The translations under genes and the position numbers were made by a program. A stretch of DNA of 63,046 nucleotides, the filler included, from Collodictyon triciliatum (Eukaryota): assembly GCA_043381765.1 (NCBI GenBank). It is 12 parts of 12 records of this genome, joined end to end, with 100 filler letters (N's around TTAATTAATTAA, not from the genome) between each part and the next. Parts side by side here need not be neighbours in the genome. Positions count along the whole stretch, not along the records: positions 1 to 5,170 come from JBHJMP010005411.1; positions 5,271 to 10,439 come from JBHJMP010005412.1; positions 10,540 to 15,702 come from JBHJMP010005413.1; positions 15,803 to 20,965 come from JBHJMP010005414.1; positions 21,066 to 26,228 come from JBHJMP010005415.1; 7 more parts are not named here. One strand, 5' to 3'. This document shows, piece after piece, positions 1 to 22,649 of the stretch. Positions within the stretch are counted from its first letter, which is position 1. Every line of letters begins with the position of its first letter. A model generated the notes under the pieces. It searched no databases. It saw nothing but the letters and a program-made list of their open reading frames with translations, and was not told where the DNA came from.

Positions 1-5040
<5,040 letters not shown>

Positions 5041-5058
5041 ACCACTGAAAAAGACTAG

Positions 5059-5170
5059 CCCGCGCCTGATTTTCAATCAAGCTTCCCGCGCCTGATTTTC
5101 AATCAAGCTTCCTGCGCCTGATTTTCAATCAAGCTTCCCGCGCCTGATTTTCAATCAAGCTTCCCGCGCC
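5059..5170. repeat. 26-bp tandem repeat CCCGCGCCTGATTTTCAATCAAGCTT, at least 4.3 copies, truncated by the scaffold end
   Basis: Copies start at 5059, 5085, 5111 (one C>T change), 5137, with a partial copy at 5163. There are no spacers. Confidence 0.95.
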
Positions 5171-5270
5171 NNNNNNNNNNNNNNNNNNNNNNNNNNNNNN
5201 NNNNNNNNNNNNNNTTAATTAATTAANNNNNNNNNNNNNNNNNNNNNNNNNNNNNNNNNNNNNNNNNNNN
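5171..5270. other. Artificial scaffold linker (N44-TTAATTAATTAA-N44), first of 11
   Basis: The same 100-nt linker with six-frame stops also starts at 10440, 15703, 20966, 26229, 31492, 36754, 42014, 47273, 52532 and 57790. Confidence 0.98.
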
Positions 5271-5302
<32 letters not shown>

Positions 5303-5403
5303 TATTCGTTTCAAAGAGCTCGCTCCGTCTTATTAGTAGGTGGTTGTACTCACGGGTCGGTGGCAGCTGGCTTCTTGGTCTTCGGTGTTTTTCTGTGCAT
5401 AAC

Positions 5404-5492
5404 CTGTGTTGCAAGGGATGTGGTAAAGTGTCCTTTTCGCTCTCCGGATCGGCTTTGTCGGCTTTGTCGGTTTGCGTTCGGTCAGTAGGCAT
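5404..5492 (-). CDS. Probable first exon of an eIF4E-family cap-binding protein
   Basis: Reads MPTDRTQTDKADKADPESEKDTLPHPLQHR followed by an AG|GT donor. HPLQxR(W) is the conserved start of the eIF4E core. The remainder is not recognisable before the scaffold end. Confidence 0.5.
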
Positions 5493-6185
5493 TCCACGGC
5501 GCAGGGTTGTGGCGCCGGTCTCCTGGTAGGTAGTCTCGTCCTTCTCAGGATCGCTCTTTCCGATCGCTTTTTTCTTTGTCCGCCTTCTTTTTTTTTTTTT
5601 CTGGCGTCAGATTTTCGTATGGCCACTATTTGACCGTTTCGACAAAAGGCAACGCCACCCACACCTTGTCCGCCTAGTTTGGATACCTCTTCGCCACCAA
5701 GATTTAACCGACACAATCTCCCACCGGTTCAGCGTGAGGTGTCAATCGCCCAGTGTGATTCTGCGCATTTTCTTAAGATGGAATATAATTCGACTTGTGG
5801 TTGTTTGCGAGCCTCCTCCCAATGTCAACAAGTCATATGTACCACGAAAGCGACAACCAAGTCAACCAGACAAACGGTTTCTTGCGTCTTCCACAATGCC
5901 AAACATATGCCACATATGTCGAACCCTTTGCAGGCGCAGTACTAGGATGTCTGTGTGCCTCCTACACAGAGTTGTTCAGGCGTCCAGATCACTGCCTCTG
6001 ATCAAACTCGACCCTCGATCATAGCATCACCACCCTATACGAAGAACAACACGACTCACTATGGTATTTCCACGGGAAGAAAAGAAAAGGAGTATATAAT
6101 TACACCTATACACACAACCAGCATCCACCCGAAAGCAGTGAGCGACTCACGAAGGCGACCAAAACAGCGTCAGCCGCAAGTGACC

Positions 6186-9100
6186 ATGAGCGCCACACCA
6201 TCGCTGCGGAAGCCTCTTCCGGGTGCACCCGCCACTGCCCGGGCGCCGCCGTCTTCGTTTGTACTTGCGCTTTTATTTTGCTTTGCAGTTGTGTTTGCGC
6301 ACACGGCACTTGCCGCAGAAGAAGCATGGCCCAACCACAGCGTTGTGGGCGTCAAAGGCAGCAACACCGTCTCTGGCGACAGGTTCGGGACGAGCGTGTG
6401 TCTGTGCAACGGGACGGTTGTGGTTGGTGCGCCGTATGCACAGTCTGGGTCATCCAAAGGCGGGTCAGCCTACGTGCTGACACGCTCGTCTGCAGGTGGC
6501 TCAGGTTCGTGGATACAGCATAGAATATTGAATTCAGATACACAAAGAACAGAAAACCAGTTCGGCACAAGCGTAGCCTGCACCCCTGCCTTCTCAGACT
6601 ATGTTGCTGTCGGCGAGCCGTACGCAGAGCTTTCAGACAGAAGAGATGACAGCAAGGACAATCAGGGTCTGGTCGTGGTCTTTAAGAGAAGTGGAAAAAG
6701 TCATATATGGAAGAAAGATGATATCCTATCCGCACCCAACGCGCAGGCAGATGCCTTCTTCGGACATGCCTTGGCCATGAGCTCGACTGCCATCGCCTCT
6801 GTCCCGACCCTGACCCTGCTGACTGGGGCATTCGCAGAAGACATCGAAGGCAAGACCGACGGCGGTGCAGCTTATGTCTTCACACGCGCCGCTGGCACCG
6901 GGACGAACCCGTGGGGACTGAACCAGCGCCTGACCATGCCGGCTGGATACAAAGGCAACGAGCACTTCGGCGCTGCCGTGGCCCTTGACGCGGGGCTCGC
7001 AGCCATCGGCGCCCCCTTCGCACACACCGGGACGGGCGCAGGCGTCCAGAGCGGGGCGGTCTTTGTCTTCTCCTTCGGCGCCTCCACATGGGGCAACACC
7101 GCCACACTGGTCCCGGCTCAGGCGGCTCCGGGCTCCAAGGCAGGCTTCTCGGTCGCCCTGTCGGGGCTGCTCAGGCTGCTGGTGGTGGGCGCACCGGGGA
7201 CGTCGGACGGGGCGGGGGCGGCCTATGCGTTTGGATACACCACAGACCCGGCTGCTTGGGCGCAGCTGTCCGACATAGGAAACGACGCGAACATCACGTC
7301 GCAACTGCGGCCAGCAGATGGATTCGGGTCGGTGGTGGCGGTTATGTCGGGGGGCTCGTATCCGTCCATGGTGGTTGCCGCTCCAAATCGGACGCTGGAG
7401 GTGCCAAAGGAAGGGGCCGTCTACGTCTTTACCATCCCGGCTGTAGGTGTGCCGCCCATAGTCTCGGGCATCCTTGTGCAGGAGTCCGCGCAGGCGGGCG
7501 ATGGGTTCGGGTGGGCCGTTGCAGCCGACGGTGGGGTCGCTGCGGTCGGGGTGCCTGGCAAGATGGTGAATGGCGAGGCTGCGGCAGGAATGGCGTGGAT
7601 ATACGACTCGGCCATCACATCCAGTAAGTGTAGATACTTGGTATTATATGGAGGGAGTACGAAGACAAGAACACAGATATTACAGCTGCTCCACTGTGTG
7701 TGCTATCTATTTTCAGGAATCCAGCAAGTCTTTTTTTTTTTTTCGTAGACTTGTCGGCGGTCCTTCATCATTTATATGCAGATATCTTTTGTTTGTGTGT
7801 TTTTGTTTTCGTTTTTGGTTTATTTTCGTTTTTGTTTTCGTTTTTTGTTTTTGTTTTCGTTTTTGTTTTTGTTCATCTTGTCTTGTTTGTTAATGCCAAA
7901 TAGTACTGGAATATAAGGAACCACTTGTATGGGTTAACAATGTCGAAAAGCGTATTGAGACAGTGAACATTTTTTTCTGGTCTTCTACCATTCCTCCCAC
8001 CGCAACAAATTTAAAAACAAGATAATTTATAGTCCAAACCTGAGCACAAGTGTAAATTTCAACCTTACTAATCACATTTCTGTCCACCCTCCACCCTCCC
8101 CGACAGCCCCGCTCTCAAGTCAGATGATAGCATCTTCACGAAAGCGAAGTCCTATTCCCAGTCGGTCTCGGTCTCAGTCTCAGTCTCAGTCTCAGTCTCA
8201 GTCTCAGTCTCAATCTCAGTCTCAGTCTCAGTCTCAGTCTCAGTCTCAGTCTCAGTCTCAGTCTCAGTCNNNNNNNNNNNNNNNNNNNNNNNNNNNNNNN
8301 NNNNNNNNNNNNNNNNNNNNNNNNNNNNNNNNNNNNNNNNNNNNNNNNNNNNNNNNNNNNNNNNNNNNNNNNNNNNNNNNNNNNNNNNNNNNNNNNNNNN
8401 NNNNNNNNNNNNNNNNNNNNNNNNNNNNNNNNNNNNNNNNNNNNNNNNNNNNNNNNNNNNNNNNNNNNNNNNNNNNNNNNNNNNNNNNNNNNNNNNNNNN
8501 NNNNNNNNNNNNNNNNNNNNNNNNNNNNNNNNNNNNNNNNNNNNNNNNNNNNNNNNNNNNNNNNNNNNNNNNNNNNNNNNNNNNNNNNNNNNNNNNNNNN
8601 NNNNNNNNNNNNNNNNNNNNNNNNNNNNNNNNNNNNNNNNNNNNNNNNNNNNNNNNNNNNNNNNNNNGTCTCAGTCTCAGTCTCAGTCTCAGTCTCAGTC
8701 TCAGTCTCAGTCTCAGTCTCAGTCTCAGTCTCAGTCTCAGTCTCAGTCTCAGTCTCAGTCCCAGTCCCAGTCTCAGTCTCAGTCTCAGTCTCAGTCTCAG
8801 TCTCAGTCTCAGTCTCAGTCTCAGTCTCAGTCTCAGTCTCAATCTCAATCTCAATCTCGGTCTCGGTCTCGGTCTTGGTCTCAGTCTCAATCAATGTCTC
8901 AGTCTGTCTCGGTCACCGGCTGCAGCCCATCAACCATCCAGCTTCGTGAGTCATCCCCTGCTTTTGTCCTATTCATGAGCTGAAAGTCTAACCTTCCCTT
9001 ATTTCTTACCTATGAACGCATTTTACCTGGGCTAGTCGACCCTCTTCCTCCTGCCACATATAACAACGAAGGATATCTGAGTCCGGCCCCAAGAATCAAG

Positions 9101-10039
9101 ATATGGAATCCATCGTGCTCTCGACTACAGGCACCAGTGGATGTTTATGGCAAGTCACACATCTTCGACTTTGAATGTATGTTTGTATAGTCGCTGGACT
9201 GACTCCATAGTCACAGAACGACCTCACTAGAATAAAATGAAGGGGACACAATTGTACCGCGATGTACTGATGGTATTTTTTATATTATGAAATATTCGGA
9301 TGCAGTGTCGTTCTCGCCGAGTCTACCCGCTGAGCATGCTCCATCAATGACGGTTAACTCAACGACGAACTCAATGACAGAATTCAGCGCTCTTTCTTTC
9401 AGAGGCATACATACATACATACATACATACATACATACATACATACATACATACATACATACATACATACATACATACATACATACATACATACATACAT
9501 ACATAGATGTACGATTAAGTGACGATACGGACATATAAACGTGACATTCATGACATGAGACATAAAATATAGTTATAAACATCATGTCAGTGCTCTGAAA
9601 GAGAGACATAGAGAACATGCAATACACCAACACCCAAATTCCTCAGTGCCACATAAATTGCAAAGGTGTCAGGGGTCAGGCATACTGGATGAGCTTCCAT
9701 GGGAAGAACCAGACTATCAGCGCCAAGCATCTTGTGCGAATATTAGCATGCTTTGAGGTAACATATAATGCGCTATCTGGCATCCAATCTACTATTATTA
9801 TTCCCCTTACACACGCTTATGCCTGGCGTGGTTACTAGAGAGACAGAGAGAGTTGATATTGCATTTGCGGCGCTTTGGGAATCGGCGAATGAGGCAGCCA
9901 TATCCCTTTTCAGGCTTCACACTCACAAAACCCTCGCTCGACTAGGTACTAGCAAACTCGGTGACATCAACCACAGACCCTACACAATGCTCGTGTGCGA
10001 AGGGCTTTGTCATGAGAGAGTCCAGATGCATACAACAAG
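6186..10039 (+). CDS. Secreted or surface protein: signal peptide, seven FG-GAP repeats, (SQ)n stalk, Cys/EGF-like module; 3' partial
   Basis: Signal [19 protein letters not shown]. Seven FG..GAP repeats lie in one GC-rich exon (6186-7623). Later exons read TPLSSQM..(SQ)n, [12 protein letters not shown].., [27 protein letters not shown] and [28 protein letters not shown]. Confidence 0.8.
8160..8895 (+). repeat. (TCTCAG)n hexamer array spanning an assembly gap, probably coding poly(Ser-Gln)
   Basis: Seen directly. Variants TCTCAA and TCTCGG keep the S-Q/S-R frame implied by intron phase. Confidence 0.85.
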
Positions 10040-10562
10040 GTACTTTCCATTTTGTTAGAACGGGCGTGCGTGACAAACAAAGCACAATCCAAAAGACTAG
10101 CATGATTGATTCCGTATTCGAGGGTGTATATTCATAAGGGAGATGCGTGCAATAGCAGCAAAAAACGGAGATAGTCTTGCGTATGTGTATTCGGATGTTT
10201 ACAACATATTTGGGTTTACATCATAGATAAAGGAATCCAAGTCTGGTCTGAGGCGCCTCTCATAACATATGAAAACGACACTGCATACTCGTGCTTTTTC
10301 AATGCAGTAAGGACGACTTCAGATAGGAATAATGTCTTTTCTCTTTTCTCTTCTCTTCTCTTCTCTTCTCTTCTCTTCTCTTCTCTTCTCTTCTCTTCTC
10401 TTCTCTTCTCTTCTCTTCTCTTCTCTTCTCTTCTCTTCTNNNNNNNNNNNNNNNNNNNNNNNNNNNNNNNNNNNNNNNNNNNNTTAATTAATTAANNNNN
10501 NNNNNNNNNNNNNNNNNNNNNNNNNNNNNNNNNNNNNNNTTATTATTATTATTATTATTATT

Positions 10563-10617
<55 letters not shown>

Positions 10618-10665
10618 TGAAAAAGCCCGCCACTATCGATAAATGGATACTAACATGGTGCAAAG

Positions 10666-15590
<4,925 letters not shown>

Positions 15591-15802
15591 GTCATTGATG
15601 CTGTTACTTTTTCTTTTTCTTTTTCTTTTTCTTTTTCTTTTTCTTTTTCTTTTTCTTTTTCTTTTTCTTTTTCTTTTTCTTTTTCTTTTTCTTTTTCTTT
15701 TTNNNNNNNNNNNNNNNNNNNNNNNNNNNNNNNNNNNNNNNNNNNNTTAATTAATTAANNNNNNNNNNNNNNNNNNNNNNNNNNNNNNNNNNNNNNNNNN
15801 NN

Positions 15803-16000
15803 AAAACCAAATAAAAAACCAAATAAAAAACCAAATAAAAAACCAAATAAAAAACCAAATAAAAAACCAAATAAAAAACCAAATAAAAAACCAAATAAAA
15901 ACCAAATAAAAACCAAATAAAAAACCAAATAAAAACCAAATAAAAACCAAATAAAAACCAAATAAAAAACCAAATAAAAAACCAAATAAAAAACAAATAA
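15803..16000. repeat. 11-12-bp tandem repeat (AAAACCAAATAA)n at a scaffold start
   Basis: Seen directly. Confidence 0.9.
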
Positions 16001-16057
16001 AATAGACAGAAAATCCTAATGAAAGCATGTCTGCCATGCTCATCTATTTCCCATAAG

Positions 16058-19000
16058 CCAGATAGCGAACCAAATCAACCGACACAGCGAGACTCTTCCA
16101 CAAAGCTCCAACAAAACAGCACTGCACATCAATATCAAATGGTGGGCTCTTCTTTCCGCCGGCAAAGTGTCCAAGTGCGCCTTCCACCTTCGGTACAGCG
16201 CTCCGGCAGCTCCAATCTTCTCGGCCGTGGAAATCAGACTGGAGCGCAGCACAGCGCTTGGGAAGAGATGTCTGGTCTTGCGCGCAAATCTACACACTCG
16301 ACCCGCAATTCAGCCATCTCGTCTGCAATGGCGGGAGGCGGCGTTGTCGGCCCGGGTGTCAATTCTGGCTTTGTAGCTATGGCTCGAAGCCGCGCACTTT
16401 CAGGCGGGGCCGGCGGAAACCAAAGCCCCGGTGGGACATCGCCTGTGATTGGTTCTCAGGGCCCAGCAGGAAACGTAGGTCAGACTGGATTATCGCCCTT
16501 TGGTGTGGGTGGGAATGTACAGACCTCCTCTGGGATTCCACCTCTGGTCATCCCATCAAAGGGACTTGCAACTGGACAGTTCGGCTCGCCGAGAGAGGGA
16601 GTTCAGACGGGCTCGATCGCTGCAGCAGAGGAGAAGGAGAAGATATACTTGAGCCCGCGTGTGCCAAATCGCTCTAAAGTGCCCGATGACAGCCTGTTTG
16701 CCATGGTAGGTCATGTGGATTTCCCCATACTTTTTTCTTCTCATTGTCTTCTATCCAATGAAGGTTATTTTTATTTTCTGATCTTATATAACTTTGTGTG
16801 ACAAATCAGTCTTTAAATAACTATTTGGATTCTTTCATTCGACTTACTAGTCCCAAAGTTGCGTTCGCACCTTTTTATTTTCCTCGCACGAATATTTTAA
16901 TTGTTGTTGATATTCTTGATATTGATATTTATGTTGGTAATAATGTTACTCGAAGCCTGGCACTTTGGCAATGCCATCTGAACCGACAGAGAAACCAAGC
17001 TCAGTGGTTATTCAGGAAAGAAAGATATTCGTGAAGCAGCTCAATTATCTTGAAGAACAAATGAAACAGTAATACGAATTTGTCTCGTTGTTTCACAGCG
17101 GTTGATATTGGCTTTTGTTTTCTTATTCAAAAATCTTATGCTGTAACTCACTATCACATCCTGCATCAGGCAGCCAAATGGCTGGTCATCCGCAAAATCG
17201 ACTTCGAATTCGAAACTTAAGGTATATCAAAATTTTAATCTTTCTTTATTACTGATCAAAATATGATTTTTTAACTTTAAACTTGATACTTTCTAATGTT
17301 TGCATAATGTCCTGAATCATAATTTTTCTCATTGCCTGAAGAGGTCTGCGACCTTGAATCCCATCCTCACTGCAAACGAAGATGACCGAAACAAAGAGCT
17401 GCACAATTTTGCAGATATCGTGGATATTGACGAAGATGAAGCGTATGAAGACTACATTTCAGAGGAGCTCTGTGGAAGACTGCTAGAGCATCCCTGGTTC
17501 CGCAACTTCCTTTTAGTTATCATTATTCTGAATTCTGTTCTGATTGGACTTCAAACTGATAACAGCCTCGTACGAAGAAATTTAATGTTCTAGCTCGCAT
17601 TACATACTGTCATATATACACATTTGGTTGAGTTAATGGTTTACCATAATTGCAAATTAATACTACTATTTGCTCTATTCCTAGACAAGAAAGTACTCGA
17701 GATATTTATCTGGATTCGATACAGTCTTTCTGATCATATTTGTCGTCGAGATTGCCTTGAAATGGTACAACGGATTCTTTACATTCTGGCGAGTTGGCTG
17801 GAATGTATTTGACTTTGTTATCGTAGCTTCTTCACTTTTTGGACCTAGTAAGGCAGATAGCTTTTGCACTTCTGAATCTTACTTTTAATTTTCAGTCACC
17901 ATGTCTGTTACAAATTATTTATACTTACCTTACGTCCGCATCATAGGCTTGACTTTTGTTAGTAGTGCTAGAGTTCTTCGTGTGCTCCGTGTTTTTCGTG
18001 CCTTCCGTACACTCCGAAGCATTAGGTTCTTAGACAATACATTTCAGGCTTTTATGTTTAAAAGTCACATATATCACGAATTATCGATTAATCAAAGAAC
18101 CGAAGGACAGCCTACCACGCAAAAATAAACAATAAACAATAAACAATAATTGAATTAAGAAAAACAAACAGACAAAGGAAAAACCAAACAAAGTAGCAAC
18201 ACGTTTGTATATAAAATGCAATTATATTTTCCTTTCAATCTTTCACCGAATATGTTCATATAATTAATTAGTGTTTTGCAAGGACTCCAAGTGATTATCA
18301 AAACAATTATCGATTCGCTGCCCGACATGGCAAATGTAATGGGTCTACTCGGCATCGTTATGTTTATATTTTCAGTAGTTGGAGTTGAGTAAGTATACAA
18401 AGCCCCTTTCTTAATACCATAGTTCTGATTAACCCTTACACTAAGGACATAATTAAGATTATTTTTTAAGTATAAAACTATACTAGTGTTTTCGGGGAAG
18501 CAGCACCAGAAGATTTTGGAACTATTGGGAAAAATATCCACATGAATCTAATGTTATCTTCGTTTTGTACTTAATTAGGATTGCAGCATCTGTCCATCCA
18601 TTTTCATATCCGCTTTTATATTATTTACTTGTTCATTTATAGTTGATAAAATTAGCTCCAATGTATCCTTAACTGAAGCTCCACGTATGTTTACATTGTA
18701 TAAATACCTCACTCAAGACGGTTGGGTTTCTGTGACCCGTGACCTTCGAGTAATTTTTTTTCTTCATGAAAAAATTCTTTGGCCTAACTGTATCGGCGTT
18801 AAGTATTGAATAATGCCGTAATGATAGGAAGCAAGCATGGGAATATCTGGGGCTATATATTCAGTGTGCTTCATGACAATTGGAACATACATATTTATTA
18901 ATATAATTATTGGAGTTACAGTGACCAACCTTCAAGATGTAAGATTTAGTTGCGGGTATTACCCGCATAAACTTACAAGCCAGTTTCCTACTCAAAATTA

Positions 19001-20321
19001 CTGCCTTTAGGCATACACTGATATCAAGAGGATTCGCAGATCAAAGCACAGAAAACTGAATCGTCGACATGCTCACGGTTTGTGGCATTCCATTACTTTA
19101 AACGAAGGCTAATAGCCCATACTGTTACTAGCTTGAATGACAAACCAAACCAAACCAAAACAAAAAGAGAAGATTTTACGAATGTAAAATCAACACTAAT
19201 GTGCTTCCCATATAGAGGTATCGATGAAACCACTGGTCAAAATCAACCATATACAACCTGATCAATGGAGAAAACAGCTACCTGTGGAAAAACCGAAATT
19301 CAACAACATAACTCCTTCAAACTTGGAAAATTACTTCTTGGTTCTTTCAGCTATCGAAGACAATCTTGTCGAGTACTCGGCACTCAAGAAAGAATACGAG
19401 ACAGTATTAGCCGATTCAATTGATTCAATATGCTATTTCGTTTCTTTTAATGTGTCTTTATGTAACCTAACAAAATTCTTTGTTATCTTAAAGTTTAAAA
19501 ACACCAACATCAGATTCTGGAAGAAGTAAAGGAGAAAAACTTTGAAGAATCCGATGGGGATTCATCCGACGAATCAGAACTTGAGAACCCTGATGATATG
19601 ATGCAGGAAGAAGATGAGGATGAGGATTCTGATGCTGTTAGTTATAAATTTCGTTGCAGATGAATTAATTGCTACGTCAAATTGTATTATATAATATCAT
19701 AGTTTTTTTCTTACCCCGCAGAAGAAAGTAAAATAAAATAGAACTTTATTTAATGCTTTTTTCCTTATGAAAGGGTCCGGGTGACGCCTTATCGCAGGCT
19801 ATCCGTAGAAACGAAATGAGACAAGAGCAAAATCGCCTTCAGAAAGAGCGACAGGTACTCAGGGTTTCCAAAACCTTCTAGTTTCTTCTTCTCATGGGTT
19901 ACACATTACACAAATATCAGGCTCAAACCTTCATTTATTTTTAGCGAGGGAAAAAAAAAACAAATAATTTATTGTTAGGAAAGAAACATCCTCAAACAAA
20001 GGAGAAACATGTTAAATCGTATTGGAGAATCATCAGCTGCAGTGCACCACTCTACCTCACCAAATGCCGATGACCTCCTCGGACACTCTAACGGAAGCTT
20101 CCGCACACTTCTCCGTCCAAAGTCAAAGCAATCGCACGGATTAGCAGGAGCTGAAATGGCTGAACGTAAATCAGAACTGAGCGCCATGAGTGCAGCCGGT
20201 GAACAATTTTTTTTTTTGCTTGTAATTTTATTGGGGTATCACTTATACCTTCACTAGTGTTGGATACTTGATCTCATATATAATCAAATATCGAACTGGC
20301 GCAGATGCGAAGAGGGACTAA
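16058..20321 (+). CDS. CATSPER4: CatSper4-like single-domain 6TM voltage-gated Ca2+ channel subunit
   Basis: S1 LLEHPWFRNFLLVIIILNS; S3 FWRVGWNVFDFVIV; S4 RVLRVLRVFRAFRTLR; pore MFTLYKYLTQDGWV; S6 IFINIIIGVTVTNLQ; tail NLENYFLVLSAIEDNLVEYSALKKEYETILEEV. The TQDGW filter and the tail resemble CatSper4. The 5' end is probably missing. Confidence 0.85.
18534..18684 (+). other. U12-type (minor spliceosome) AT-AC intron
   Basis: 5' end ATATCC, branch TCCTTAAC at 18666-18673, 3' end CCAC. Removal restores FGTIGKSMFTLYKYLTQDGW. Confidence 0.9.
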
Positions 20322-21206
20322 GGCACACAACACTTGATGTTTGTGGGAGCATTTACCACACTAGAGACAAAAAACGGTGTGTTTGAATCGCTCCTATCGG
20401 CTTGGAACCGAAAAGGAAGAATAAAACTGTTGGCTGCTCATCTTGAAGCAAAAATCATCTGATGAACACTTCTAAGGCAGCTGGGAAGCAATTAAAACCT
20501 TTATGAAAAATATCCTGGTTCTCGGTGTCATGAAGCTGCTGTGGGGAGAAGTAGGTGGGGTTCGAGTTAGAAGAAGGTTTTAATACTCGTGTCCCTTGGC
20601 AAAGTAACGTGCTTCAGGTAGAAAATCATATTACCCTTTAAATTCCACAACAGTACGATATGAGTCTTAATTTTCAAACACCCGCGGGCTCCAAAACTGA
20701 GGCAGATGGATGAACACCCTTCTTTCCCAAGCGACTCGTTCCTGAAAGTAAAAGTAAATAAAAAAAAAAAGAAAAAAGAAAAAAAAAAAAAAAAAAAGAA
20801 AAAAGAAGAAAAAAGAAGAAAAAATAAAAAAGAAGAAAAAGAAGAAAGAAGAAAGGAAGAAGAAAAAAGAAGAAGAAAGAAGAAAGAAGAAAGAAGAAAG
20901 AAGAAAGAAGAAAGAAGAAAGAAGAAAGAAGAAAGAAGAAAGAAGAAAGAAGAAAGAAGAAAGAANNNNNNNNNNNNNNNNNNNNNNNNNNNNNNNNNNN
21001 NNNNNNNNNTTAATTAATTAANNNNNNNNNNNNNNNNNNNNNNNNNNNNNNNNNNNNNNNNNNNNGCCTGTCAACCCCACCCCACCCCCCCCCCCTCACA
21101 TCCGCATACATACCTCTTTTTTATAAAAAAAAATTTATTAATAGTAAAGATAATAGATGTATATGTTCATATAGGAATGAGTTTTTCATTGGGTGATATA
21201 AAAATC

Positions 21207-21242
<36 letters not shown>

Positions 21243-21406
21243 GGGGCATTCCCGTATGTAGTCTTCGAGGGGAGGTTGTTTATTATCATAATTTTTTGTA
21301 ATTGTTTTTGTGATCTGTGTCAAAAATTAAAAAAAAATAGGAACGACTGTATATTAAAGTATCTATGGAAGATTGAGGTTGCTAGGAGAAAAATAGGAAT
21401 ATGTAC

Positions 21407-21936
21407 CTTGTCAATCTGATCATATGCAACAAAGTTGGACAGTCCCGCCTCTGCAAGGACTTTTGTGATGGCTGCTGTCAGTGAAGTCTTGCCGTGATCT
21501 ACGTGACCGATCGTTCCGATGTTCAAATGCGGTTTGCTGCGGTCGTACTTGCTGGCAAAGCGCACCTGCTGAGTCAGGGCCAAAGGAGTTCCCAAAGCAC
21601 TGACTGCTCGTTGTATTAGTTGTCGTTGTTGTCATTAGTGTCGTTGGTATTCATATGAATATTTTGTTTATATTGGTTAGTAAGTATGCATGCCCCTTTC
21701 CAATACCTCTTGTGTTTATCATTTTTTCCGAAATATGTTATTAAGTGGCTGAAATGGTTTTTTTTTCTTAAAAAAGGTTAATCTTTTGCAATTGTTTTTC
21801 TCAAAGTTCGAGTGTACTTTCTACTCAAAATTAATTACATTTGTGTTGCACGAAGCCTCCGGAAAGGCTCAGGCTCTTAAATGAGCGACTGCCAAGGCTT
21901 GTGTTCTTAGCCAAAGCCAGGGCTGGTGATGCGGTA

Positions 21937-22035
<99 letters not shown>

Positions 22036-22257
22036 GAGAATGATAATAAAAGTTAGTAAGGTTCACAAAACGGGTGTCGATCAAAATAAGAAAAAGAAAT
22101 AGTGTTCTACAATAAATGTCGTCTCATAGTGGGATCCGTATAATCCCCGATCCCTACCCACTTGATGGTGAGTAACCATAATAGTTCCAATAAAAAAAAC
22201 TAATAATAGTTCAAGAAAAAAATCAGCAAGGACTTTACCTTGAAAGAAGGCTCGCAT
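21407..22257 (-). CDS. TUFM: Mitochondrial elongation factor Tu, first three exons with targeting presequence
   Basis: [28 protein letters not shown] (basic, no acidic residues) followed by [31 protein letters not shown]. Confidence 0.93.
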
Positions 22258-22649
22258 TCTGCTCCGCGCAGTCAACAAAGGCTATTTCATTGTATCTTGA
22301 GTTGGCATTTTTACGCGTTCTTTCACTTCATCAACTCGCTACTACTGTAGTGGAAGTTTCCAAACACTCAAGAGCGAAAAAAAAAAAAAAGAAAGGAAAG
22401 ATAGAGTGAGGAAACAGAAAAGCGAATATGAAAAGAAAAGAGCTACTGTTCGGGCGTTAGCTGAGGGGCTGTGAAATGAGTGGGACGATAATAAATCTTT
22501 TCTTTTCTCTCCTCATTCCTTTCAAAAGAGGCAATAAATATCTCAGTCTGTCTTTCTCCATCAACTAACTTAGTCCCATTGCGCGAGCTCAATGCCCCAG
22601 GCCAAAAAATAAAACGAGGAATTAGGGGTTCTGCAGAGTCATGTTCAGC

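Noticed and set aside
5059-5170. CRISPR-like array
   Set aside because: The units are head-to-tail with no spacers and there are no cas genes.
5215-5226. TTAATTAATTAA as a biological periodic element
   Set aside because: It is always centred in N runs, so it is an artificial six-frame stop linker.
6186-7623. True integrin alpha
   Set aside because: No calcium-binding loops, thigh/calf domains or GFFKR motif are visible.
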